Of a stretch of DNA of 64,000 bases, positions 19,292 through 29,082 are shown piece by piece. A model generated the notes under the pieces. The model did not search any database and was not told the origin of the DNA. It saw only the letters and a list, made by a program, of their open reading frames with translations. Source of the stretch: Tepidiformaceae bacterium (GTDB taxonomy: Bacteria; Chloroflexota; Dehalococcoidia; Tepidiformales; Tepidiformaceae). Where the stretch lies: the NCBI GenBank assembly GCA_051003295.1, contig JBPCLM010000135.1:1053-65052 (forward strand), written 5' to 3'. Each line of letters starts with the position of its first letter. Positions within the stretch are counted from its first letter, which is position 1. Made by a program: the position numbers and the translations under genes.

Positions 19292-19732
19292 TCAGCGCGG
19301 GTAGAGCAGCAACTGCGTGCAGCGGAAGAGCGCGATCGGTTTGCCCGTCGCCTCTTCCGTCACCACCGCATCCCACACCTGGGTGGTCCGCCCGCCGTGC
19401 GCGAGCGTCGCCGTGCACAATACGGCGCCTTCGCGCACCGTGCTCAGGTGGTTGCTCTTGAGCTCGGCGGTCGCGAACCCCGTCGCCCCTTCCGGCAACG
19501 ACGCCGTGCAGCCGTAGCCGCAGAGGGTGTCCGCCAACGCCACCACGCTGGCGGCGTGCAGCATGCCGTTCGGCGCCCATAACTCCGGGCGCACCGCCAG
19601 CCGGCCAGTGATGCGCCGCCCATGCTCGAGCTCCTTCGCTTCGATCCCGATCAAGCCCGGCAGGTGCCCCTTCGCGCGTTCGTTGAGAAAGGCGATCGTG
19701 ATCTCTTGCGGCGGCGGAAATGGTTCAGTCAT
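19292..19732 (-). CDS. PaaI/4HBT-type hotdog-fold thioesterase
   Basis: ATG at 19732 inside ORF 19292..20683. NGMLHAASVVALADT and a hotdog pattern. Confidence 0.85.
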   Translation of the reverse strand: MTEPFPPPQEITIAFLNERAKGHLPGLIGIEAKELEHGRRITGRLAVRPELWAPNGMLHAASVVALADTLCGYGCTASLPEGATGFATAELKSNHLSTVREGAVLCTATLAHGGRTTQVWDAVVTEEATGKPIALFRCTQLLLYPR

Positions 19733-19843
19733 AGCGGTCAGCTTCGTGCCGCGACGCTCCGGCCGCAACCTGCCGCCCCCTCCCGATGCTAAGATCCACC
19801 GTGAGGGATTGCGCGGCCACGACGCATCCCCGTGGCCCGCCGC

Positions 19844-20692
19844 ATGACGCTTTTCGACGCCCACACGCATATCTTCCCGCCCTCCCAGGCGGCTGCCCGC
19901 GCCACGATCGCGGCGCGCGATGCTGGCTTCGCCGCCATCTATGCCAATCCCGCGGCGAAGATGGCGGACGTACGCGGCCTGCTCGCCGCGCTGGATGAGG
20001 CCGGCCTCGAGCGCGCCCTCGCCGCCGGCTTCGCCTTCAAGCACCAGTGCGACGTGGATGAACAGGACGAGTATCTCCTCGCAGCTGCGCGGCAAAGCGC
20101 GGGACGCATCATCCCGCTGGCCACCGTGAACCCGGCGCTCCCGGGCTGGCGCCCCGCCGCCGAGGACGCCCTGAGCCGCGGTGCGCGCGGGTTCGGCGAA
20201 CTGCGCCCGGCGGATCAGGGGTGGGACCCGGGTGGCCCGGTCGCCCACGCCCTTTGCTCCCTCGCCGCCGATGCGGGCGCCGTCCTCCTCTGGCACGTCA
20301 GCGAACCCCTCGGCCACGCCTACGCGGGCAAGCAGGGCGGCATCTCCCCCGCCGAATTGTGGGCGATCAGTTCCGCCTTTCCCACCGTACCAATGATCGC
20401 CGCCCACCTCGGCGGGGGCCTCTCCTTCTACCTGCAAATGCCCGAAGTGCGCGTCGCTGTGCCCAACCTTTATTTCGATACGGCCACTGCCCCATTGCTG
20501 TACGATGATGAAAGTGTTGCGCGCCTGGTCGATCTCGCCGGTCACCATCGCGTGCTCTTCGGCTCGGATTACCCGCTGCTTTCGCCCCGGCGCCAGCTCC
20601 AACTCCTCCAGGCGCGCTTGCCCGCCGATGTCGCGCTCGCAGTGTGTGGCGGCAACGCCGATAGCCTGTTTTCGGATAGACACGACTCATGA
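19844..20692 (+). CDS. amidohydrolase-family (TIM-barrel metal-dependent hydrolase) protein
   Basis: FDAHTHIF (HxH metal motif) and GSDYPL near the C-terminus. ATG at 19844 (GTG at 19832 is also possible). Confidence 0.8.
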   Translation: MTLFDAHTHIFPPSQAAARATIAARDAGFAAIYANPAAKMADVRGLLAALDEAGLERALAAGFAFKHQCDVDEQDEYLLAAARQSAGRIIPLATVNPALPGWRPAAEDALSRGARGFGELRPADQGWDPGGPVAHALCSLAADAGAVLLWHVSEPLGHAYAGKQGGISPAELWAISSAFPTVPMIAAHLGGGLSFYLQMPEVRVAVPNLYFDTATAPLLYDDESVARLVDLAGHHRVLFGSDYPLLSPRRQLQLLQARLPADVALAVCGGNADSLFSDRHDS

Positions 20693-21324
20693 CTGATGCC
20701 CCCGACCACGTCAGGCTGTTCGTTGCTTGTGAAGTACCCGGTGACATAAGGGACATCGTTGGCACGGTCATCGAAACGCTGCGCGCGCGCAGCAGCGCCG
20801 ACGTGCGCTGGATCCGTCCCGAAGGCGTGCACGTCACCCTCAAGTTCCTCGGCGAAGTGCCGGTGAAGAAGCTCCCCGCGGTCAAGCTCGCTGTCCAGGA
20901 GGCCGTGGTCGGCCACGCCCCCTTCGAACTCGAATTCTCCAACATCGGCACCTTTGGCGGACGCGAAGGCCTGCGCATGATGTGGGTCGGCATCGCTGGC
21001 GACGTGCTCCGCCTGGAAGCGCTCGTACGCGCCGTCAACCGCGCCTTCGCCGTGGTGGGATTCGAACCGGAGCGCCGCCCCTTCCGCCCCCACCTCACCC
21101 TCGCTCGCGTGCGCGATGAAGTGCCCACCCGGCGCCGCGCGGAGATCGAAGTGGCCGTAGGCAAGATGGCGGTGCCCACCAACGGCTGGCGCACCACCCA
21201 GGTCTCCCTGATGCGCAGCCGCCTGACCGCGCAGGGCGCGCAGTACGAGGTGATCGCAAGCTTCCCGCTGCGGGTGTCGACCGGGCACGACGGGATGACC
21301 GAGCACTCCAGGGCGACGAGGTAA
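20689..21324 (+). CDS. thpR: RNA 2',3'-cyclic phosphodiesterase (2H family)
   Basis: ATGA overlap with the upstream stop. Two HxT motifs (HVTLKFLG and HLTLAR). Confidence 0.85.
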   Translation: MTDAPDHVRLFVACEVPGDIRDIVGTVIETLRARSSADVRWIRPEGVHVTLKFLGEVPVKKLPAVKLAVQEAVVGHAPFELEFSNIGTFGGREGLRMMWVGIAGDVLRLEALVRAVNRAFAVVGFEPERRPFRPHLTLARVRDEVPTRRRAEIEVAVGKMAVPTNGWRTTQVSLMRSRLTAQGAQYEVIASFPLRVSTGHDGMTEHSRATR

Positions 21325-21353
21325 TCGCTAGCTTCCCGTTGCGTGTGTCGACC
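21245..21353. repeat. 38-bp direct duplication of the thpR 3' end (21245-21282 and 21316-21353), separated by 33 bp
   Basis: acgaggtgatcgcaagcttcccgctgcgggtgtcgacc versus acgaggtaatcgctagcttcccgttgcgtgtgtcgacc (4 mismatches). Confidence 0.7.
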
Positions 21354-21393
21354 TCCGCCATACATTAGCCGCCGCCGGCTGCCGGCGGGCTGG

Positions 21394-21399
21394 TACCCT
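21394..21399 (+). promoter_or_regulatory. candidate -10 (TGgTACCCT) of a leaderless transcript
   Basis: GGCTGGTACCCT, then 6 nt, then the ATG at 21406. The identical 12-mer recurs at 40343-40354. Confidence 0.45.
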
Positions 21400-21405
21400 C
21401 CGCGC

Positions 21406-22548
21406 ATGCACGATGTCGCCATCGCCGGTGGCAGCCTCGCGGGCGCCGCCACCGCCATCCACCTGGCGGCCGCGGGCCACTCCGTCGTCATCCTCGAACG
21501 CGCTTCCTTCCCCCGGCGTAAGCCCTGCGGCGAAGGGCTCTTCCCCGCTGGCGTGCGCGAACTGTGCGCCCTCGGCCTCGGTTCGCTGGTGACGCGCGGC
21601 GTGGCGCTCGAAGCCGTGCGCTTCATAGCCGGCGATGCCTGCGTCACTGCCGGGCTCGCGGATCCCGGCCTCGGCATCGAACGCGCCTTGCTCGATGGGG
21701 CCCTGCTCGAACGCGCCGTCGCCGCCGGGGTCGATGTGCGCACCGGCGTCACCGTGCGCGGCTTCGTCAGCGAAGGCGGCCGCGCCACGGGCCTCGTCAC
21801 TTCCGCGGGGCTCGTGCCCGCGCGCGCCGTCGTCGCCGCTGATGGCCTCCATTCGCGCCTCCGCCGCCAGGCCGGCCTCGAGCGCGCGGGCAACGGCGCC
21901 CGCTTCGGCGTGAGCGCGCACGTTGCCTTCGCCTACCCCCTGCCGGCGCGTGTGGATGTGCATTTCGGACGCGGCCGCGAACTCTACGTCACGCCCGTCG
22001 CGGCGGGTGTCGCGAACGTGGCCCTGCTTACGCGGCGCGCGGGCATGCGTGTCTTCGCGGGGGCCCGGCGTCCGGCGTTCGAGTCGCTCCTGGCCACCCA
22101 TCCGCGTTTTGCCGGCGGCTTCGAGTTGCTCGATGAACCGCTCGCTGCCGGCCCCTTCTGGCGGCACTGCAGCCGCCCCTCGCGGGCCAACTTCCTTCTT
22201 GTGGGCGATGCCGCCGGCTTCCACGATGGCATCTCCGGCGAAGGCATGTCCGCCGCCCTCCTCTCCGCCCGTGCCGCCGCAAGCGCGCTCGATTCCTACC
22301 TCGCCAGCGGCAGCTTCGAGCCCTTTCGGCGCTACGACGCCCGCCGCCTCGCCATCACCCGCAACTCCAACCTGCTCGCACGCCTCTCGCTCTTCCTTGG
22401 CCGCGACCCGCGCCTGGCGCGCCTCGCCATCGCCAACCTCGCCCGCCAGCCGCATACCTTCGCCCGCCTCCTGGCAGTCAACGCCGGCGAAGCCCCGCTC
22501 TCTTCGCTCCGCCTCCGTGACGCGCTCGCCCTCGCCACCGGCCTCTGA
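21406..22548 (+). CDS. FAD-dependent oxidoreductase (geranylgeranyl-reductase-like)
   Basis: VAIAGGSLAGAATAIHLAAAGHSVVILE dinucleotide-binding motif, and GDAAGFHDGISGEGM. Confidence 0.85.
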   Translation: MHDVAIAGGSLAGAATAIHLAAAGHSVVILERASFPRRKPCGEGLFPAGVRELCALGLGSLVTRGVALEAVRFIAGDACVTAGLADPGLGIERALLDGALLERAVAAGVDVRTGVTVRGFVSEGGRATGLVTSAGLVPARAVVAADGLHSRLRRQAGLERAGNGARFGVSAHVAFAYPLPARVDVHFGRGRELYVTPVAAGVANVALLTRRAGMRVFAGARRPAFESLLATHPRFAGGFELLDEPLAAGPFWRHCSRPSRANFLLVGDAAGFHDGISGEGMSAALLSARAAASALDSYLASGSFEPFRRYDARRLAITRNSNLLARLSLFLGRDPRLARLAIANLARQPHTFARLLAVNAGEAPLSSLRLRDALALATGL

Positions 22549-22633
22549 CGCGCGCGCCGTTGGTTCCTTCCCCGGACGCGGCCTACACTCAGTGCCACCG
22601 GCCCGCTTCGGCCCCGCGGATGCCGTCACCGCA

Positions 22634-23281
22634 ATGTCATTCGCACAGACTTTCACCCGCTATCGGCGCGCCGCCATGTACCGCCTCCTGTTGCTCAACT
22701 ACGGGCGCGCCCGGCGCTGGTACTGGGAATTGCGCACGCCGGACCTGCACGAGCGCTGGAACGGGGAGAACGCCGATTTCCCCGTGCTGAGCGAAGTCAT
22801 CCGTGCTCACCAGGCCGAAAGCGTGCTCGATCTCGGCTGCGGGAGTGGCCGGCTCTTCCCCGTGTACGAAGGGGCGGCCCTGCGCGAAGTCCTGGGCGTA
22901 GATATCGCCGCGCGCGCGCTCTCGCTCGCCGCGAAGCTCCACCCCACCATCCCCACCCTCCGCTCGCGCGCCGAAGACCTGCCCCTCGATCGTCCGTTCG
23001 ACCTGATCGTCGTACACCGCGTGCTCCAACACCTGCCCCCGCAAACGCTGCCCGCTGTGCTCGACCGCGTATGCCGCATCGCCCGCAAGGCCATCTACAT
23101 CAACGAAATCGGCGCGAGCGACCACGCCAACCTCAGCGGGGCGCGCTACATGTTCGAACACGACTACGCCTCGCTCTTCAGCGCCCGTGGCTGGGAGCGC
23201 GCCGAAAGCGGGCTGGTACCGGGCACGCGCCAGACGTACGTGGTCTACGCGCCGGCCGCCAGCGGCGGGGCTACCGCCTGA
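22634..23281 (+). CDS. class I SAM-dependent methyltransferase
   Basis: ATG at 22634. VLDLGCGSGR motif I. Confidence 0.8.
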   Translation: MSFAQTFTRYRRAAMYRLLLLNYGRARRWYWELRTPDLHERWNGENADFPVLSEVIRAHQAESVLDLGCGSGRLFPVYEGAALREVLGVDIAARALSLAAKLHPTIPTLRSRAEDLPLDRPFDLIVVHRVLQHLPPQTLPAVLDRVCRIARKAIYINEIGASDHANLSGARYMFEHDYASLFSARGWERAESGLVPGTRQTYVVYAPAASGGATA

Positions 23282-24642
23282 TGGAGTCCCGGCGCCCGCT
23301 GACGGGCGTGGATCTCGCTCGCGGCAGCCTCCTGGCGCTGGTCTACCGGCTCTCCGGCATGTGCTTTTGGGTGCTCATCGGCATCGTCACCGCCCGCACC
23401 CTCTCTGTCAGTGAACTCGGCGTTTACGTCTCCACTGTGATCCTGGTGCAGGCCGTGGGCAGCATCGCCGCCAGCTTCGCCTCTGCCTCAGGCTTTTTCG
23501 TAACCAATCGCCACCGTCCGCCGGCCGAAGTCTCTGGCAACGGCATGGTCCTCGCTGTGCTGGCCGGCGGCTTCCTCTTCGTCGCCTGCCTCGCGGGCTG
23601 GCTCCTCTATCACGGCGACCACCGCGAAGTCGCGCTCCTGGCCGGCATCGCTCTCTTCCCCATCATCGCGCGCCACGCCCTCGGAGGAGTCTTTCTCGGG
23701 ACCAACTCACTCTGGCGCTACAACTTCAGCATCCACGGGCCCGCCTACGCCACGGTTGCCTTCCTGCTCATCTGGGTCGTCATCCTTGGCCAACGCAGTA
23801 CCGCCGATGCGCTCGGCTGCTGGATTGGGGGCCAATACCTGTCGCTGGTCGTCCTCGCCTCCTTCGACGGCGGTTGGTGGCGCTGGGCCTCCACCCACCG
23901 CCCCGATTGGCGGCTGATGCGCGGCATCATGGGCTTCGGTGCGGTCATGGGCCTCGCCGGCTTCATCAGCTTTTTCAACTACCGCGTGGACCAGCTCCTC
24001 GTGGCCGCCCTCGATGGCAGCGAAGGCGCGGGCATCTATTCACGCGCCGTTTCTATCGCCGAAGCGCTCTGGCTCTTCTCCACTTCCATTGCCGTCGCCT
24101 CCTACGCGAGCGTTGGCTCCCTCAACCGGCGCGAAGCCGCCGCGCTCACCAGCCGCAGCGTCCGCCACACGCTCTACATCGTCGTGGCCGGCGCGATCGC
24201 CGTCTTCATCCTCGCTCCCTACCTGCTCAGCATCGCCTTCGGTGGCCGCTACGAAGAAGCCACCCTCTCCCTGCGCATCCTCTGCGTGGGCACAGCGCTC
24301 TTCGCGCCCCAGTCCTTGCTCGCCAACTACTTCACGGTGCAGATGGGCCGCCCCTGGATCCCGCTGCTGATCGCCTCCACATCCTGCATCATCAACATCG
24401 GCGTCAGCCTCATTCTCATCCCCCGCGTCGGCTACGTTGGCGGCGCCTGGGGGACGACGATCGGCTACAGCTCGGTCGCCGGGCTCTCTGTCGCGGTCTT
24501 CCTGGCCACCTCCGATGCCCGCTTCAATGACCTCTGGCGCCTGCGCCGCGATGACATCGCCACGTACTGGCGCTTCGCGGGCCGGCTGTGGGCGAGCACC
24601 CCTGCCGCGCGCCTCCGCGGCTCCCACGGACGGGGCGCGTGA
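23281..24642 (+). CDS. polysaccharide flippase (Wzx/MOP superfamily)
   Basis: TGATG start-stop overlap. About 12-14 TM helices, with the typical layout of a polysaccharide biosynthesis protein. Confidence 0.8.
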   Translation: MESRRPLTGVDLARGSLLALVYRLSGMCFWVLIGIVTARTLSVSELGVYVSTVILVQAVGSIAASFASASGFFVTNRHRPPAEVSGNGMVLAVLAGGFLFVACLAGWLLYHGDHREVALLAGIALFPIIARHALGGVFLGTNSLWRYNFSIHGPAYATVAFLLIWVVILGQRSTADALGCWIGGQYLSLVVLASFDGGWWRWASTHRPDWRLMRGIMGFGAVMGLAGFISFFNYRVDQLLVAALDGSEGAGIYSRAVSIAEALWLFSTSIAVASYASVGSLNRREAAALTSRSVRHTLYIVVAGAIAVFILAPYLLSIAFGGRYEEATLSLRILCVGTALFAPQSLLANYFTVQMGRPWIPLLIASTSCIINIGVSLILIPRVGYVGGAWGTTIGYSSVAGLSVAVFLATSDARFNDLWRLRRDDIATYWRFAGRLWASTPAARLRGSHGRGA

Positions 24643-25544
24643 GCAGGCGCATCGCGGTGGTCGGCCTGCCCTTCTTCGCCTCCAGGGTGGCTGCTTCACT
24701 GCACGAAATGGGTTACGACGCCCGCTTCCTCCCCCGCCCCGGCCGCAGCCCCGCCGCCTGGGCGACCCTCGCGCGCGAGCTCGTCCGCGCACGTCTCGTC
24801 TACGCCATCGGCAGCAGCGCCGTCCGCAACGGCCCGCTGGACCTGATCGCCCGCCTGCGCCGTCCCATCCTCATGCACTGGGTCGGCTCCGATGTGCGCC
24901 ACGCCCTCGCCGCGCAATCGGCGGGCCGGGCCAGTGCGCGCCTCCTTCGCCACGCCGCGCACTGGGCGGATGCGCCATGGCTCGCCGAGGAGCTCGCCCC
25001 GCTCGGCATCGCCCCCGCCGTCCATCCCCTGCCCGTGCCCGTCGCGGTGGGCACGTCCCTGCCGCTGCCGGCCGAATTTCGTGTACTCGTGTATCTACCC
25101 GCTTCGCCCCACGCCTTCTACGATGTGGCTGGCATCCTCGCGACCGTCGCTGCCCTCCCGGAGGTGCCCTTCACCCTGGCCGGTGGCTTTACGCCCCCCG
25201 AACGACCGCCCAACCTCGAGTTGGCGGGCTATGTCAAGGACCTGCGCCCCTTCTATGAAGCCTCGACCGCCCTCCTCCGCCTCGTGCACCACGACGGCAT
25301 GTCGCACTCCGTCGTCGAAGCGCTCAGCTTCGGCCGCCACGTCCTCTGGAGTTACCCTTTCCCCGGGGCCACCCGCGTCGCTGGCGCTGATGTGGCGATT
25401 GCAGCCATCCGCGTCCTCCAGCGGGCCGCACACGCGGGCACGCTCGAGGTCAACGAAACCGGCGCCCGTGAAGTGACCCAACGGTATCGCTGGGATAACC
25501 TCCAGTCCGAAATCCGTACCGGGATCGACCAGCTTCTATCGTGA
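24639..25544 (+). CDS. GT-B fold glycosyltransferase-like protein
   Basis: GTGA overlap with wzx. C-terminal region resembles glycos_transf_1 (GMSHSVVEALSFGRHVL). Confidence 0.65.
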   Translation: MSRRIAVVGLPFFASRVAASLHEMGYDARFLPRPGRSPAAWATLARELVRARLVYAIGSSAVRNGPLDLIARLRRPILMHWVGSDVRHALAAQSAGRASARLLRHAAHWADAPWLAEELAPLGIAPAVHPLPVPVAVGTSLPLPAEFRVLVYLPASPHAFYDVAGILATVAALPEVPFTLAGGFTPPERPPNLELAGYVKDLRPFYEASTALLRLVHHDGMSHSVVEALSFGRHVLWSYPFPGATRVAGADVAIAAIRVLQRAAHAGTLEVNETGAREVTQRYRWDNLQSEIRTGIDQLLS

Positions 25545-27781
25545 TCGACTTCCTCCGCCAGAACCTCTTGGACTTCCAGTACCCCGCCGCACGACGCACG
25601 GCGCTCATCGCCATGCTCGTCACCGCCTTCCTTTCGCCCGATATCGGGCCGTCCGCGCCCTTTCCCGCTATCCGCCTGGAACAGCTGTTCCTGGCCGCCC
25701 TGCTCCCCTCGCTTTTCCTCTTCTATCGTGCCCACCCGGCCTTGCGGCGGCCCATGTTCACCGACTACGCCTTCCTCGCCCTCGCCGCCGCCATCACCCT
25801 CAGCGCGGCCATCGCGCCGCTCATCGTCAGCCAGTCCACGTACTCCCTGCGCGACCCTTTCGAGCCCGCGCGCGTCATCGAATACTGGCTCTTGTTCCGC
25901 CTCGCCTTCATAGCACCGCCCGATACCCTCAGCGGACGACGCGTGATAACCCTCCTCGGGGTTGCCGCCGTCGCCCTCGGCCTCTTCGGCGTCGTGCAGT
26001 ACCTGAATCTCGGGTCGTTCAACAGCATCGTCACCGATATTTGGGCCGATGAGCACAACCTCGAGGGCGTCACGAGGCGCAGCCGCGTTGTCGGCTTCAC
26101 TGGCAACGCCAACTACTTCGGCATCCTCAGCGCCCTGCTCATGGTCACCCTGCTATCGCTCGTCCTGCTGCGCGCGCCGCTCTCCGCGCGTGCCCGCTGG
26201 CTCGTGGTCGCGGCAGTCTTCTTCGCCACGCTATCCGTCGTAATGTCCCAATCGCGCACCGCCGTCTTCGCCATCCTCGGCGCCATGTTCCTGGGCATCC
26301 TCTTAGTCGCTGTCACCTGGCGCGGGCGCGCCGACTACCTGCGCACCATCGGTCTCTTCGTGGCGGCGGTCACGATCTCCGTCACCTTCGTGGAACTCGT
26401 GCCCCCCGAGTTCGGCACCTTCCATGACCGCTTTAGCCCGCAAACGCTCAGCAGCGACGATTCCGTCGGCATCCGCTTTTCGCGGTGGCGCGCGCTCCTC
26501 GCCGGCTTCTTCGATGACCCGCCCGGCTATTGCGAGGGCAACAACCTCGACGACAAGATCGGAAAAGGCCACGCCCCCTCCGGCGATGTCGGCGCCCCCG
26601 CCGCTGCCAGCGACGCTCTCGCCCGCGACGCCCAGCGCAAGCGTGATGTCCGCGCTCTCAGCCGCGGAGTGCTCGACTACTTCTGCGAAACCGACCGCTG
26701 GCCGTACGTCGAGCCATCCCTCGCCGCCGCCCTCGTCCCCGCGTTCATGGATGCCATCCCCACGGACCCCGCCACGGGTGCGCCGTACGAATCCTTCGTT
26801 TACCGCAGCGGATTCATCGTTGGCGCGGCACTGGAAAATCCCGATGATTCGGAAGGTCCCACCTTCGCCCTCGGTACGGTGCCCAACCTGGTATTGAATC
26901 CCAGCTTCGACGACCGTGCGGGCACGCCGGGGAGCTGGAGCACCAGCGGCCGCGAAGGCCGCCGCCCCACGGCGCGCATAGAGACCGCCGACGATGGCCT
27001 CTTCGGCTCGCGCTCGGCACACGTGCACCTCGGCCCCGAGGAGGCCGTCTATCAGAGCGTCGTCTATGACTTCCCCCGCGGCGAGGGATGGACCGCTTCG
27101 CTCTGGGCGAAGTCCACATCCGGCAACGAGGAAACGCTCAAGCTCTATCTCATCGCCCTCCTCGTCGAAGGTGGCGAAATCGATCCCCTTGCCTCCCGGG
27201 ATGTCACCCTCCCGGCGAACGGCGAGTGGGTGCCCGTCTCGCTCGGTTTCACAACCACCGAAAGCAGCCGCACCTTCGTGATGCAGTACACGGTGCGCCC
27301 AGCCACGCTCGGAGCGAGCCTCGATATCGCCCTCGACGCGGCCACCCTCAACCCCGGCACCTTCGTGCCATCCTTTCCCTGGGTCACCGATGTCGACCCC
27401 GCCAGGCTGAGGCTCACGGATGCGCCCACCTTCGCCGATTCGCCCATCGTCGGCGTGGGCCCACGCAAGGAATTCCCCACCGGTTCCTTCGATAACGAAT
27501 ACGCGCTCATGCTCCATCGCTACGGCACGGTCGGCCTCCTCGCTTACATGGCCCTCTTCGGCTCGGCCTTCGTCATCGCGTGGCGGGCGCGGGCGAGCGC
27601 GCTCTGGCCCATCGTTGTGCTCAGCTTTGTGCTGATGGTGTTCGTCACCGCGCTCTGGGCCTTCAACATCGCCGCCGGCAGCTACTATCACTTCCAGATA
27701 ATGGCGATCTACTGGATGTTGCTCGGCCTCCTCGCCCGCGCCCGCCCCCAGCCCGGCGCCGCCGCCCCCGAGCCCGCCTGA
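25541..27781 (+). CDS. O-antigen polymerase/ligase-like (Wzy_C) membrane protein with a large periplasmic insert
   Basis: GTGA overlap. Multi-TM. SQSRTAVFAILG and DNEYALMLHRYGTVGL resemble Wzy_C motifs. A ~315-aa insert spans residues 325-640. Confidence 0.8.
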   Translation: MIDFLRQNLLDFQYPAARRTALIAMLVTAFLSPDIGPSAPFPAIRLEQLFLAALLPSLFLFYRAHPALRRPMFTDYAFLALAAAITLSAAIAPLIVSQSTYSLRDPFEPARVIEYWLLFRLAFIAPPDTLSGRRVITLLGVAAVALGLFGVVQYLNLGSFNSIVTDIWADEHNLEGVTRRSRVVGFTGNANYFGILSALLMVTLLSLVLLRAPLSARARWLVVAAVFFATLSVVMSQSRTAVFAILGAMFLGILLVAVTWRGRADYLRTIGLFVAAVTISVTFVELVPPEFGTFHDRFSPQTLSSDDSVGIRFSRWRALLAGFFDDPPGYCEGNNLDDKIGKGHAPSGDVGAPAAASDALARDAQRKRDVRALSRGVLDYFCETDRWPYVEPSLAAALVPAFMDAIPTDPATGAPYESFVYRSGFIVGAALENPDDSEGPTFALGTVPNLVLNPSFDDRAGTPGSWSTSGREGRRPTARIETADDGLFGSRSAHVHLGPEEAVYQSVVYDFPRGEGWTASLWAKSTSGNEETLKLYLIALLVEGGEIDPLASRDVTLPANGEWVPVSLGFTTTESSRTFVMQYTVRPATLGASLDIALDAATLNPGTFVPSFPWVTDVDPARLRLTDAPTFADSPIVGVGPRKEFPTGSFDNEYALMLHRYGTVGLLAYMALFGSAFVIAWRARASALWPIVVLSFVLMVFVTALWAFNIAAGSYYHFQIMAIYWMLLGLLARARPQPGAAAPEPA

Positions 27782-28938
27782 TGCCGCCTCCGACTCACCG
27801 TGCCCCCCGGGTCTGCGTGCTCACCTCCGTCCACCCTCCCCTCGATCCACGCATCTTTCACCGCCAGGCGAAGTCGATGGCCGCCGCCGGGTTCGATATC
27901 CTCCTCATCGCGCCCGCCGCTCCGCGCGGCCCGATCGATGGCGTCCGCCTGGCGAGCCTCCCTTCCTGGGGCGGGCGCGCGGGGCGCCCCTTCCGCTGGC
28001 CTCTGCTCTTCTGGAAGGCCCTCCGCACGCGCGCGAACATTTACCACTTCCACGACCCCGAGTTGCTGCCCTGGGGCGTGCTCCTCCACTGGGTCACGCG
28101 CAAGCCCGTCATCTACGATTCGCATGAATACCTCCGGGAAAGCATCCTCAGCAAGCAGTGGGTGCCCCGCGCCATCCGCCGCCCCGTGGCCGCCATCGCT
28201 GGGACCATCGAAAAGTGGAGTGCCCGCCGCCTCAGCGCCGTGGTCGCGGTCACCGACGATATGGCCGCCCGTTTCGCCCGCGTACAGCGGCGCACGATCA
28301 CGGTGAAGAACCTGCCGCCCGCTTCGGCCGTCCCGGTCGAGGCCCGCGCGAGGAAGCCGGTCGTGGCCTACGCAGGGCTCATGAGCGCCGAACGGGGCCT
28401 CGATATCCTCCACGAAACGGCGCGGCTGGTTCGCGAAAAGGTGCCTGACGCCGAATTCCACATCCTCGGGACCATCTTCTGGGAAGGCGTCCCGGATCAG
28501 GAGAGGCCCGCTTCATGGTGGGAGGCCGCGGGGGTGCGTTTCCTCGGCACCGTGCCCCAGCCGGAAGTGGCGTCCTTCCTCGCAGAGGCAAGCGTCGGGT
28601 GGCTTCCGCGCAACCCGGACGTCCCGAACAACCTCCTCGCCTGGCCCACCAAGCTCGTCGAGTACATGGCCGCCGGGCTGCCGATCGTGGTCTCGGACCT
28701 CCCCGTGCAGGCTGCCGTCGTCGCGGAGGCGCGCTGCGGGATGGTCGTCGAAGCGCTTTCGGCGCAGGCACACGCGGCCGCGGTCGTGGCGTTGTTGACC
28801 AACCCCGCCCTCGCCCGCGAACTCGGCGAAAACGGCAGGCTGGCCGCCCGCCAGTACACGTGGGAGGCCGAGGCGGCGAAGCTCGAGGGCCTCTACCGGC
28901 AACTCGTGGCCGAACGCCGCCCCAAGGCCCGGTCGTAG
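27781..28938 (+). CDS. glycosyltransferase family 4
   Basis: TGATG overlap. The N-terminus looks like a glycosyltransferase. C-terminal EYMAAGLPIVVSD. Confidence 0.85.
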   Translation: MPPPTHRAPRVCVLTSVHPPLDPRIFHRQAKSMAAAGFDILLIAPAAPRGPIDGVRLASLPSWGGRAGRPFRWPLLFWKALRTRANIYHFHDPELLPWGVLLHWVTRKPVIYDSHEYLRESILSKQWVPRAIRRPVAAIAGTIEKWSARRLSAVVAVTDDMAARFARVQRRTITVKNLPPASAVPVEARARKPVVAYAGLMSAERGLDILHETARLVREKVPDAEFHILGTIFWEGVPDQERPASWWEAAGVRFLGTVPQPEVASFLAEASVGWLPRNPDVPNNLLAWPTKLVEYMAAGLPIVVSDLPVQAAVVAEARCGMVVEALSAQAHAAAVVALLTNPALARELGENGRLAARQYTWEAEAAKLEGLYRQLVAERRPKARS

Positions 28939-29082
28939 TTTCGTTGTCCGGCGAACGCGGCCGAGAGGCTGCGCTCCGCCTCTGTTCCACCGGAAGCGGA
29001 AGCCGAAAATTACAGACGCTTTACAAGGAACTTGCCCGCCTTTCCCCCCACGCGTTGACCTAAGATCACCCTGATTCCTACC

